From Candidatus Omnitrophota bacterium (lineage in GTDB: Bacteria; Omnitrophota; Gorgyraeia; Gygaellales; Profunditerraquicolaceae), in assembly GCA_028715415.1 (NCBI GenBank), contig JAQURX010000005.1, positions 64,043 through 128,042 on the forward strand: 64,000 nt of DNA, read 5' to 3'. The notes below the pieces were generated by a model. It saw only the letters and a list, made by a program, of their open reading frames with translations. It was not told the origin of the DNA and ran no database searches. The position numbers were made by a program, and so were the translations under genes. This document shows, piece by piece, positions 30,329 to 38,378 of the stretch. Each line of letters starts with the position of its first letter. Position 1 is the stretch's first letter.

Positions 30329-30425
30329 TCCCGCGCCCTTCTGTCATTCCCGCGCCCTTCTGTCATTCCCGCAAAAGCGGGAATCTACGCTATATAGTGG
30401 ATCCCTGCTTTCGCAGGGATGACAA
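30323..30425. repeat. Repeat element: 3x TGTCATTCCCGCGCCCTTC + hairpin A (GCAAAAGC loop variant) + hairpin B
   Basis: tgtcattcccgcgcccttctgtcattcccgcgcccttctgtcattcccgcaaaagcgggaatctacgctatatagtggatccctgctttcgcagggatgacaag. Confidence 0.85.
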
Positions 30426-30428
30426 GAG

Positions 30429-30941
30429 TTAATTTAACCCAAACCTTGGCTTAGGTGGCTCAGGTGGTGGCTCAAGCAGCTTCTTTATTGCTTCAAAGAT
30501 TACTTGGATATCTGTTTCGTGCAGCTGATACTTTCTTTCTAATTCTTCCAACTTCTCTGCTAATTCTTTATGCGTAAGAAGCAACTCTCGAATTCTTACA
30601 AAAGCCCGCATTATAGCGATATTAACCTGAACCGCTCTTTCAGAATTAAGAACACTTGAAAGCATCGCTACTCCTTCTTGAGTAAAAACATACGGTGTGC
30701 TTGAAGAATGTTTTAATAGCTTAAACCGGTCACAATTTGTGACCAGTTCGTTTTTCTCTTTTTCTGATAAACTAAACATAAAATCTCCTGGGAAACGATT
30801 ACGATTTCTCTTTACTGATTGATTCAATACCTTTGTTCCAATCCCATACAACTCCGCCAAGTCTCTATCCAGCATAACCTTTTTACCTCTTATCACTAAA
30901 ATCTTCGCAGCTACTGCCTCAACAATCAATTCTTTTCCCAT
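30429..30941 (-). CDS. ORF6N-domain (KilA-N-related) DNA-binding protein, paralog 1
   Basis: Start moved to MGKELIV (ATG 30941) with AAGGAGGAAGAAAAT upstream; shares VMLDRDLAELYG...RFP.DFMF...PYVFTEQGVAMLS.VLNS..A.QVNIAIMRAFV..RE.LLTHKELA.KLEELERKY with paralog 2. Confidence 0.65.
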   Translation of the reverse strand: MGKELIVEAVAAKILVIRGKKVMLDRDLAELYGIGTKVLNQSVKRNRNRFPGDFMFSLSEKEKNELVTNCDRFKLLKHSSSTPYVFTQEGVAMLSSVLNSERAVQVNIAIMRAFVRIRELLLTHKELAEKLEELERKYQLHETDIQVIFEAIKKLLEPPPEPPKPRFGLN

Positions 30942-31087
30942 ATTTTCTTCCTCCTTATGCCCAGCAAGGGCACACTGGCGCAAATCCGATAAGCGCCAGG
31001 TGCTACAACAATAGACGAAGAAACTTGCAAAATCTAACACAAAAAAAGCAAAAAAAAGCGGAGAGAATTTCTTCTCTCCGCTAATAT

Positions 31088-31168
31088 TTCATTCCCGCGA
31101 ACGCGGGAATCTACGCTATTTAGTGGATCCCTGCTTTCGCAGGGATGACAACTTCTACAGGGATGACA
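31088..31168. repeat. Repeat element: hairpin A (GCGAACGC variant) + hairpin B + 2x CAGGGATGACA
   Basis: tcattcccgcgaacgcgggaatctacgctatttagtggatccctgctttcgcagggatgacaacttctacagggatgacagttg. Confidence 0.85.
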
Positions 31169-31174
31169 GTTGTA

Positions 31175-31825
31175 TTAAGCTTTCTTTCTTTTAATACGTG
31201 AACCTACAGCTAAAGCTCCACTACCTAACAAAAACAACGCCGAGCTAATTGGCTCTGGAGTTGTTACTACATTTGCATCATGTGAAGGTGGATTAAAATA
31301 CCAGCCGTTTTGATTATTTTCATCAGAGCTTCCATAAGCATCAAAATGGAATTTTAAACCTGAATTAATGAAATCGGTGATTGAAACCGGTATTCCAATC
31401 GTTGTACCAGCAGCTACATCACCAATGGTATATTCTGTCCATTTTGCTGTCCCCTCTGGCCAAAAGATACTATGTGGAGGCAAATAAGTGTGACTTCCTG
31501 TATTAGTAAAGCTGGAATAATAATATGGTGTGGTATTAACAGTTAATTTCCAAGGCTCTGTTGGAGATGAAGTCCCCGGAATAGACAAAACAAGATGTGC
31601 ATCAAAAATAGTAGCGTCGGCAGTATTCTGGAAATTTAGAGTAAAACTCGGATTATGAGTTAGGTCACTTTCTTCTAGCCAAGGGTCACTTGAAATACCG
31701 ACTTCCTCAGCTCCCGGAATACTTAACCAAATCTTAGCCTTACCACCGTTATTATCAGGAGGAGTTGCCCAAGCTGAACCAGCAACAAAAAACAAACATA
31801 CAAGCGTTAAAAATAGTTTTTTCAT
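31175..31825 (-). CDS. PEP-CTERM sorting-domain secreted protein
   Basis: Signal peptide; C-terminus TTPEPISSALFLLGSGALAVGSRIKRKKA (PEP motif, TM helix, basic tail). Confidence 0.7.
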   Translation of the reverse strand: MKKLFLTLVCLFFVAGSAWATPPDNNGGKAKIWLSIPGAEEVGISSDPWLEESDLTHNPSFTLNFQNTADATIFDAHLVLSIPGTSSPTEPWKLTVNTTPYYYSSFTNTGSHTYLPPHSIFWPEGTAKWTEYTIGDVAAGTTIGIPVSITDFINSGLKFHFDAYGSSDENNQNGWYFNPPSHDANVVTTPEPISSALFLLGSGALAVGSRIKRKKA

Positions 31826-32490
31826 CTTACACCTCTTCGTTTTCTTAATCCAACTAATGCGGCTCCGCCTAACAAAAACAACGCACTGCTAATCGGTTCA
31901 GGAGTTGCGGTAATTTTAGTCGTAAAAAATCTCTGGCAATATAAATCATTTCCGCCATTTGTCCAAATCCATTTAGCATTATTATCAATATTAGGATAAT
32001 CTATGTTCCATTTTCCACCATAACCCTGCCCATCATAGGCAAGCTCATCTATAACTCCAAAATTATGAAAATCAAATTGCTCAAGGCGCACTGTCCAATC
32101 AGTTGCGTTGGACAATAAATATTGCGTTCCATTTGCAAACTTAAACCCGCTGCCAGACAATGTAAAATCGCCAATAAAGCCAGCTAAATTAGTTATAGTA
32201 GCAGCACCCAAAACAGTCAAATAATAATCGTGTCCCGGAGTAAGCTGTGTGCTGAAATGAGTTTGAGCGGAATCAGGATCGGGATTAGCGCTTGAACCGC
32301 CGGTTATTAATTGAGCATTCAAGAAATTGGCATCCGTATCATTAATCCAGACGGTAAATTGCCTATCAACAACTACATCCCCTGATAATGTTACTGTAGA
32401 AGCATAAACTGGAGTAAATACGACGAGGGAAATCAATGCAACTAAAAATAATTTAAATTTCATTGGAACCTCTTTGTTTCGGGTTATCAA
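31822..32490 (-). CDS. PEP-CTERM sorting-domain secreted protein
   Basis: C-terminus TATPEPISSALFLLGGAALVGLRKRRGVR. Confidence 0.7.
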   Translation of the reverse strand: MITRNKEVPMKFKLFLVALISLVVFTPVYASTVTLSGDVVVDRQFTVWINDTDANFLNAQLITGGSSANPDPDSAQTHFSTQLTPGHDYYLTVLGAATITNLAGFIGDFTLSGSGFKFANGTQYLLSNATDWTVRLEQFDFHNFGVIDELAYDGQGYGGKWNIDYPNIDNNAKWIWTNGGNDLYCQRFFTTKITATPEPISSALFLLGGAALVGLRKRRGVR

Positions 32491-32618
32491 TTTAGAATTA
32501 CGAAAATCCCGGAAGGATATTTCAACTTTATTATACTAAATCTGACGTACCTGTCAACACTTTTTTAATCTATTTATAAACGAATTTATAAATCAAATTA
32601 GGAAGGAATATCCCTCGC

Positions 32619-32741
32619 TGTCATTCCCGCAGAAGCGGGAATCTACGCTATATAGTGGATCCCTGCTTTCGCAGGGATGACAACTTCTACAGGGATGACA
32701 ACTTCTACAGGGATGACAACTCCTGCAGGGATGACAAATAG
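32619..32741. repeat. Repeat element: hairpin A (GCAGAAGC) + hairpin B + 4 tandem CTTCTACAGGGATGACAA units
   Basis: tgtcattcccgcagaagcgggaatctacgctatatagtggatccctgctttcgcagggatgacaacttctacagggatgacaacttctacagggatgacaactcctgcagggatgacaaatag. Confidence 0.85.
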
Positions 32742-33398
32742 TTAAACCTTCTTTTTTAACCTCACCCCAATCGCCAGCGCCCCGCTTCCTAACAAAAATA
32801 ACGCACTGCTTATCGGCTCAGGCGTAGCTTTAACAGATAAATATGCAGATGGAGGATATTCTAACGATCTAAATGCTACAAAAGGCTGCCCAGGAGCAAG
32901 AATATCCTGCTCCTCTTTCCTTATATTAAAACCAACATAACTTTTACCAGAGCTAATTAAATCATGAACAACAGAAGTAACATCATAATTAAGCGTAGAT
33001 TGATCATTGAATGTAATTGAACCAATGATGTTGCCGCGGGCGTAATCATCAAAGTCTAAGTATCCATCGCCAGCATAAGAATAGATACCTAACGTGTATG
33101 GAAAAGGCCCAAGGCACTCTTCAACCGTTAAATTCAGGCTTGCAGCAATAAATGAATTTTCAATACTTGAAAGAGGAAATTCAAAAAGCGCTCGTGAAGC
33201 AGAACCATTCATATTCATTGCCTGCGGATAACCAGTTGAATTTATATAATCCCCTTGCCCGTCAAACAGATTTGGATATTTACCATCAAAAACAGTTCCA
33301 TCAACCACTGGCGAAACATCAAAAGCCTGTGCATGCAATATAGGTAAAAATATTAAACTACAAAATAATACTGCTATATTTAGAATTCTTGAATTCAT
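32742..33398 (-). CDS. PEP-CTERM sorting-domain secreted protein
   Basis: C-terminus KATPEPISSALFLLGSGALAIGVRLKKKV. Confidence 0.7.
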   Translation of the reverse strand: MNSRILNIAVLFCSLIFLPILHAQAFDVSPVVDGTVFDGKYPNLFDGQGDYINSTGYPQAMNMNGSASRALFEFPLSSIENSFIAASLNLTVEECLGPFPYTLGIYSYAGDGYLDFDDYARGNIIGSITFNDQSTLNYDVTSVVHDLISSGKSYVGFNIRKEEQDILAPGQPFVAFRSLEYPPSAYLSVKATPEPISSALFLLGSGALAIGVRLKKKV

Positions 33399-33400
33399 AT

Positions 33401-34243
33401 TTATCCTTGTTTTCTTTTTCGTAATTTACGCGCTGCAAACAATCCGCTTCCCAATAAAAATAACGCACTGCTTACCGGCTCGGGAGTAACTGAAACATTA
33501 AAATTATCAAAATAAGCTTTACTTGTTCCACCTTCCAAACCAAAACCTGCGCCGAAAGTTTCTGCGGCAAGTAAAATCTTAAAGTCAGTTATATCCGGAT
33601 ATTGCACCTTAAAATCAGTTACTGTATCTTGGACCAAATCACCTTCTTGATCAACAATAGTATTCCCCGAAAGATCAGTAATCCTCATTGTTAAAGTTCC
33701 ACTTCCAGAAGCATCATAATCATACCAAATAGTGCCATCCGTTTCACTTCCTAATCTGGGATAAAGATAACCATTTCCGCTTCCACCTTCTAAAATATAA
33801 TTAGCAAATGTAGTCTGGCCTTTATTTACTTCTGGCCCGGCGCAGAAAATATATGCAGGACTTTCTAAATCACTCGGCCAAAATGCCAGCCCCATCCACA
33901 AATCGCTATCTTTGGTTGTCAAGGGGTTAAAATGAAAATCAGTTCTTGCCGAGAAATTATTATCTAATCCAAATGAAGACTGAGACCTTATCAATGACAA
34001 AGCAGTCTCGTATGTCTTGCTCCAGCCATTTTCATAGCCCGAAGGATTGACGAATTCAAAATGTCCATTTTGATCAACAGAATACAATCTCTCAGGTGTG
34101 CTCCCGCCGTAAAAACCATCCTCCCAAACCGCGGAATTAAAGAGATTATCATTAAAATCATCCGACCAGCCGCTTGTTGCCATTGCCGTTGCAGGTAAAA
34201 CAAATAAACCGCACAATATTAAACCAAAAACAAATCTTTTCAC
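33401..34243 (-). CDS. PEP-CTERM sorting-domain secreted protein
   Basis: C-terminus SVTPEPVSSALFLLGSGLFAARKLRKRKQG. Confidence 0.7.
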   Translation of the reverse strand: MKRFVFGLILCGLFVLPATAMATSGWSDDFNDNLFNSAVWEDGFYGGSTPERLYSVDQNGHFEFVNPSGYENGWSKTYETALSLIRSQSSFGLDNNFSARTDFHFNPLTTKDSDLWMGLAFWPSDLESPAYIFCAGPEVNKGQTTFANYILEGGSGNGYLYPRLGSETDGTIWYDYDASGSGTLTMRITDLSGNTIVDQEGDLVQDTVTDFKVQYPDITDFKILLAAETFGAGFGLEGGTSKAYFDNFNVSVTPEPVSSALFLLGSGLFAARKLRKRKQG

Positions 34244-34344
34244 TGTTCCTCCCTTAGTTGATTGAAAAAGTATTTATAAAGTTTTTTAATAATTCAAAAG
34301 TTATTATAAGAATTTACTGCTCAGTGTCAAGAAAATATTTTTTT

Positions 34345-34410
34345 CTGTCATTCCCGCACCCTTCTGTCATTCCTGCATCCCATCTGTCATTCCCGCGAAA
34401 GCGGGAATCC
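34345..34410. repeat. Repeat element: 2 degenerate half-sites + hairpin A (no B partner)
   Basis: tgtcattcccgcacccttctgtcattcctgcatcccatctgtcattcccgcgaaagcgggaatcc. Confidence 0.8.
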
Positions 34411-34434
34411 ATCTTGAAGTCACAATTTGTGACC

Positions 34435-34989
34435 TCAAGAATGAAACCCTATCTTAGGCTTCTCTGGTACCGAAGACGTAGTCATAAGCTGCTTGATAAC
34501 CTCGAGTATCATCTGAACATCTTTCTCGTGTAAGTTATACTTTCTCTCTAGTTCTTCAAGCTTTTGCGCTAATTCTTTGTGTGTCAATAAAAACTCCCGC
34601 AGCTTAACAAATGCACGCATAATCGCAATATTAACCTGAATAGCCTTATCTGAATTTAATACAGTAGAAAGCATTGCCACACCCTGCTCAGTAAATACAT
34701 AAGGAAGATATTTGATATTTCTCCCTCTTGTTATTGTAATAACTTCTTTATCTTCAATATGTTCGTTCAAGGTCGCAATTTGCGACCTTGAAACTCCTAC
34801 CTCCTCTTTATTCAACTGGAACATAAAATCTGCTGGGAATCTTTTTGCATTTCTTTTTACCTGCTCATTAAGTCTTTTTACCGACACCCCATACAACTCC
34901 GCCAAGTCCCTATCCAGCATCACTTTTCTTCCTCGTATAAACAGAATCTTTGTCGCCACCACCTCTGCACTAACTATGTCTTTTGTCAT
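34435..34989 (-). CDS. ORF6N-domain (KilA-N-related) DNA-binding protein, paralog 2
   Basis: 184 aa; GGAGG SD upstream of ATG at 34989; ORF6N core conserved with paralog 1. Confidence 0.65.
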   Translation of the reverse strand: MTKDIVSAEVVATKILFIRGRKVMLDRDLAELYGVSVKRLNEQVKRNAKRFPADFMFQLNKEEVGVSRSQIATLNEHIEDKEVITITRGRNIKYLPYVFTEQGVAMLSTVLNSDKAIQVNIAIMRAFVKLREFLLTHKELAQKLEELERKYNLHEKDVQMILEVIKQLMTTSSVPEKPKIGFHS

Positions 34990-35067
34990 AATAATTCCTC
35001 CTTATACACCAATAGACGTAAAAACAACCAAAATCTAACTAACTTTTTTATGAAGGGACTGGTCCCG

Positions 35068-35137
35068 ACTGTCATTCCCGCCCCTTCTGTCATTCCCGCC
35101 CCTTCTGTCATTCCCGCGAAAGCGGGAATCTACGCTA
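35068..35137. repeat. Repeat element: 2x TGTCATTCCCGCCCCTTC + hairpin A
   Basis: tgtcattcccgccccttctgtcattcccgccccttctgtcattcccgcgaaagcgggaatctacgctattt. Confidence 0.85.
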
Positions 35138-35173
35138 TTTCATTTTAACCCAATCTATGTTATAATCCTCTCC

Positions 35174-36850
35174 ATGAAACTTAAAACAACCCTACTTCTA
35201 ACTCTTCTAGCGCTTCTACTCCCAGTCCTCACAACCGCCTCTGATACAGACGAATGGTATCCTTACGTCATTCCTGAAAAATTAGACCAAAACTCACCCC
35301 TTAATATAGGTAAGCTCGTCTTAGACGCCCCTGCAGGTAAACATGGCTTTGTTAAGGTAAAAGAAGGACATTTTTATTTTGAAGATGGTACTAGGGCAAA
35401 ATTTTGGGGGACAAACCTTTGTTTTGATGCAAACTTTCCTACTAAAGAACAAGCAAAAATATTAGCCGACCGCATCGCCTATTTTGGCTTTAATGCTGTG
35501 CGCCTGCATCATATGGATTTTTACTTTGAACCTCGGGGGATTTTCGAAGACGTCTGCCCTGCCTTTAAAGACCCACAAATGAAAAAAACAGACGTCTTAA
35601 GCAAAAAACAGTTAGAAAAACTTGATTATTTTATTTACCTATTGAAACAACGAGGAATTTACATTGATATGAATTTATTGGTTGCTCGCCACTTTACTGA
35701 AGCTGATGGCGTGGTTGATGCGGCAATGTTAGGCATGGCTGCAAAACCATATTCAATGTTTGACAAAAAGTTAATTGAGTTACAGAAAAAATACGCCAAA
35801 GATTTACTCACTCACTACAATCCTTACACCAAACTACGCTACTGTGATGATCCTGCAGTTGCGCTTGTGGAGATTATTAATGAAACTACTCTTTCTAAAA
35901 AGGATCCAAAAACAATGCCAGATTATTATAAGAATCAACTAACTCAAACAACAGAATCTACAGATAACATTGAAAAGAGATATTACACTGAAATAATGAA
36001 ATCCTTAAAAAAAGATATCGGAGTAAAATGCCCTATTACTGGATCTCAATATTCCAGCACAAATGCATTAGAACCCTGCGACTTTATTGACAAACACGCA
36101 TATTGGGATCATCCCAAATTTCCCAACAAACCTTGGGATAAAAATGATTTCCGAATCCATAACAAATCTGCTCTTCTTGATAAAAAACTTGGCATTATTA
36201 AACTATTAATTGAGAAATCGCCTTGTAACTTGAAACCTGAAACTTGCAACCGTAAACCCTACACAGTTACTGAATGGAATCATTGCTACCCTAACCAATA
36301 CGCTTATGAAACACCAATTATCTTAGCATCTGAAGCCCTAAGAAACAATTGGGATGGATTATTTCAATTTAATTTTAGTGGAGGATGGAAACTTGAACCG
36401 GATTTTACTAAAATTGAAAGTCATTTCAACACTATTGCTAACCCCCAACAATTAATCCTGAACTCATTAAGCAGTTTAATTTTTCTTAAAAATGAAGAAA
36501 ATGAAACTTCTCTTAATAATGGAGCATATACTATCAATTCTCCTGATTTAAACGCTATCATCGGCTTTATAAAAGATAAACCTCAAGCACTTGGTCCCTT
36601 CACTATAACCACTGATCAAGATGGCGTAGTTGCACTTCTTAAGAATAATAATCAATATATATTATTTGCGATAAGCGAAGTAAAGAATACTGATTCTGGA
36701 TGGAACAAAGAAGGAAAATTTAACTGGGGCAAACCACCTGTGCTTCTTAAACGAATCAACGTTACAGTTCAATACAACGGTAAAACCATTCCTACAGATT
36801 TCTCAAAATCTCCCTATTGCGTAATTCCTACAATAACTGACACACAATAA
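35174..36850 (+). CDS. Secreted clan GH-A (GH5-like) TIM-barrel glycoside hydrolase
   Basis: Signal peptide; NAVRLHHMD, IINET (candidate acid/base NE), HAYWD and TVTEWNH (candidate nucleophile E) resemble GH5 signature regions; family assignment tentative. Confidence 0.45.
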   Translation: MKLKTTLLLTLLALLLPVLTTASDTDEWYPYVIPEKLDQNSPLNIGKLVLDAPAGKHGFVKVKEGHFYFEDGTRAKFWGTNLCFDANFPTKEQAKILADRIAYFGFNAVRLHHMDFYFEPRGIFEDVCPAFKDPQMKKTDVLSKKQLEKLDYFIYLLKQRGIYIDMNLLVARHFTEADGVVDAAMLGMAAKPYSMFDKKLIELQKKYAKDLLTHYNPYTKLRYCDDPAVALVEIINETTLSKKDPKTMPDYYKNQLTQTTESTDNIEKRYYTEIMKSLKKDIGVKCPITGSQYSSTNALEPCDFIDKHAYWDHPKFPNKPWDKNDFRIHNKSALLDKKLGIIKLLIEKSPCNLKPETCNRKPYTVTEWNHCYPNQYAYETPIILASEALRNNWDGLFQFNFSGGWKLEPDFTKIESHFNTIANPQQLILNSLSSLIFLKNEENETSLNNGAYTINSPDLNAIIGFIKDKPQALGPFTITTDQDGVVALLKNNNQYILFAISEVKNTDSGWNKEGKFNWGKPPVLLKRINVTVQYNGKTIPTDFSKSPYCVIPTITDTQ

Positions 36851-36904
36851 TGTCATTCCCGCGTCCCTTTTGTCATTCCCGCGAAAGCGGGAATCTACGC
36901 TATT
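36851..36904. repeat. Repeat element (half-site + hairpin A) filling the 50-bp gap between convergent genes; candidate bidirectional terminator
   Basis: tgtcattcccgcgtcccttttgtcattcccgcgaaagcgggaatctacgctattt; TagA stop codon (36900-36902) lies inside the element. Confidence 0.8.
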
Positions 36905-37649
36905 TCTTCCCAACCTTCTGCTTCAACACCAACCAAAAAAACTGCATATCATCAATTAAATATCGTTTCCAAAGCCTTTTAGGCTCCATAAGAATACGCC
37001 AAAACCACTCAAAACCAACTTTCCTCATCCACAAAGGAGCCCTTTTAACAACTCCTGCCTCAAAATCAAAACTCGCTCCTATCCCTATCGACAAAGGAAC
37101 TTTGTATTCATCTCTATACCTATAAATCCATTTTTCTTGCTTAGGAGTCCCTAAACCTACAAATAAAATATCCGGTTGAACCTCTTTAATCAATTCAATA
37201 ACTTGCCTATTCTCGACTTCATCTTTTTCAAACCCAAAAGATGGACAATGCGCTCTTACAATATTTATCCCACGGTATCTATTCTTAAAAGCCTTCTCCA
37301 CGCTTTCAACTGATCCCAGCCTGCCACCTAAAAAGAAAATTCTCAGTCCTTTATCGCTTGCTACTTCGCATAATTTTGGTAAAAGATCTGAACCGGATAT
37401 CTTCTCTTTTATTCCTTTCCCAAGAAATTTAGATAGCCAAATAATCGGCATTCCGTCAGTCAAAACCAATGCAGCATTATCGTAAACCATTTTTAAATCA
37501 GAATCTCTCTGCAACTGCATTAAATGATCAACATTAGGAGTTACAATAAAATGATACTTATCTTTACAAAAAGATAAACTAATACTTTCCTCTATGGCCT
37601 CAATAAAAGTAACATTATCTATTTTTGCTCCACAGATATCTATTTTCAT
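36900..37649 (-). CDS. WecB/TagA/CpsF family glycosyltransferase
   Basis: 249 aa; RIFFLGG...PKQE motif region typical of TagA/WecG. Confidence 0.8.
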   Translation of the reverse strand: MKIDICGAKIDNVTFIEAIEESISLSFCKDKYHFIVTPNVDHLMQLQRDSDLKMVYDNAALVLTDGMPIIWLSKFLGKGIKEKISGSDLLPKLCEVASDKGLRIFFLGGRLGSVESVEKAFKNRYRGINIVRAHCPSFGFEKDEVENRQVIELIKEVQPDILFVGLGTPKQEKWIYRYRDEYKVPLSIGIGASFDFEAGVVKRAPLWMRKVGFEWFWRILMEPKRLWKRYLIDDMQFFWLVLKQKVGKK

Positions 37650-38377
37650 TAATTTCTACTAAATTTGTATTTAATAACTAAAATAAATAACTTAAATCCA
37701 TCAATAATATATCGCTTAAACATCCTTTTAGGTTCAATAATTATGCGCCACAGCCATTCGAGGTGTATCAAACGCATGAATTTGGGAGCACGTGGGATGG
37801 TTCCAGACAAAAAATCCAATAATGCACCCACACCTAAACATAATCTAGGATTTAAATGTTCTCTATTTCTTGCAATCCATTTCTCTTGCAATGGTACACC
37901 CATAGCAACAAAGAGAACATCTGCTCCAGAAGAATTTATCTTCTCAATAACTTGATTATCATCCTTAAAATATCCTGAATGAGTCCCAACAATGGTAATA
38001 TTGGGAATTTTCTTACGCATATTGTCTGCTGCTTTTTTTGCAACCCCTTCCTTACCACCAAGGAAGAAAATTTTATATCTAAATTCGGTTAATTTTTCCA
38101 TTAAAACTGGACAGAAATCTGTTCCATTACAATTATCCAGCATTTTCTTGCCAAAAAACCAAATGATAAGTCGTAAACCTACGCCATCAGGGAGAACCAT
38201 GTCAGCGTTATTAAGCACATTAATATACTCATTATCTGTAAAAGATTTATAAACACAATCTGAATTCAAAAAGAAAACGGTTGACCTTTTTTTCAGCTTT
38301 ATGAAATTCATCACCGAATCAATGGCTTCCGAAAAATGTAAAATATTGCAATTTAGCAAAATAAATTTTACCATCAT
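37649..38377 (-). CDS. WecB/TagA/CpsF family glycosyltransferase (second tandem paralog)
   Basis: 242 aa; KIFFLGGKEGV, GVPLQEKW. Confidence 0.8.
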   Translation of the reverse strand: MMVKFILLNCNILHFSEAIDSVMNFIKLKKRSTVFFLNSDCVYKSFTDNEYINVLNNADMVLPDGVGLRLIIWFFGKKMLDNCNGTDFCPVLMEKLTEFRYKIFFLGGKEGVAKKAADNMRKKIPNITIVGTHSGYFKDDNQVIEKINSSGADVLFVAMGVPLQEKWIARNREHLNPRLCLGVGALLDFLSGTIPRAPKFMRLIHLEWLWRIIIEPKRMFKRYIIDGFKLFILVIKYKFSRN

Positions 38378-38378
38378 T

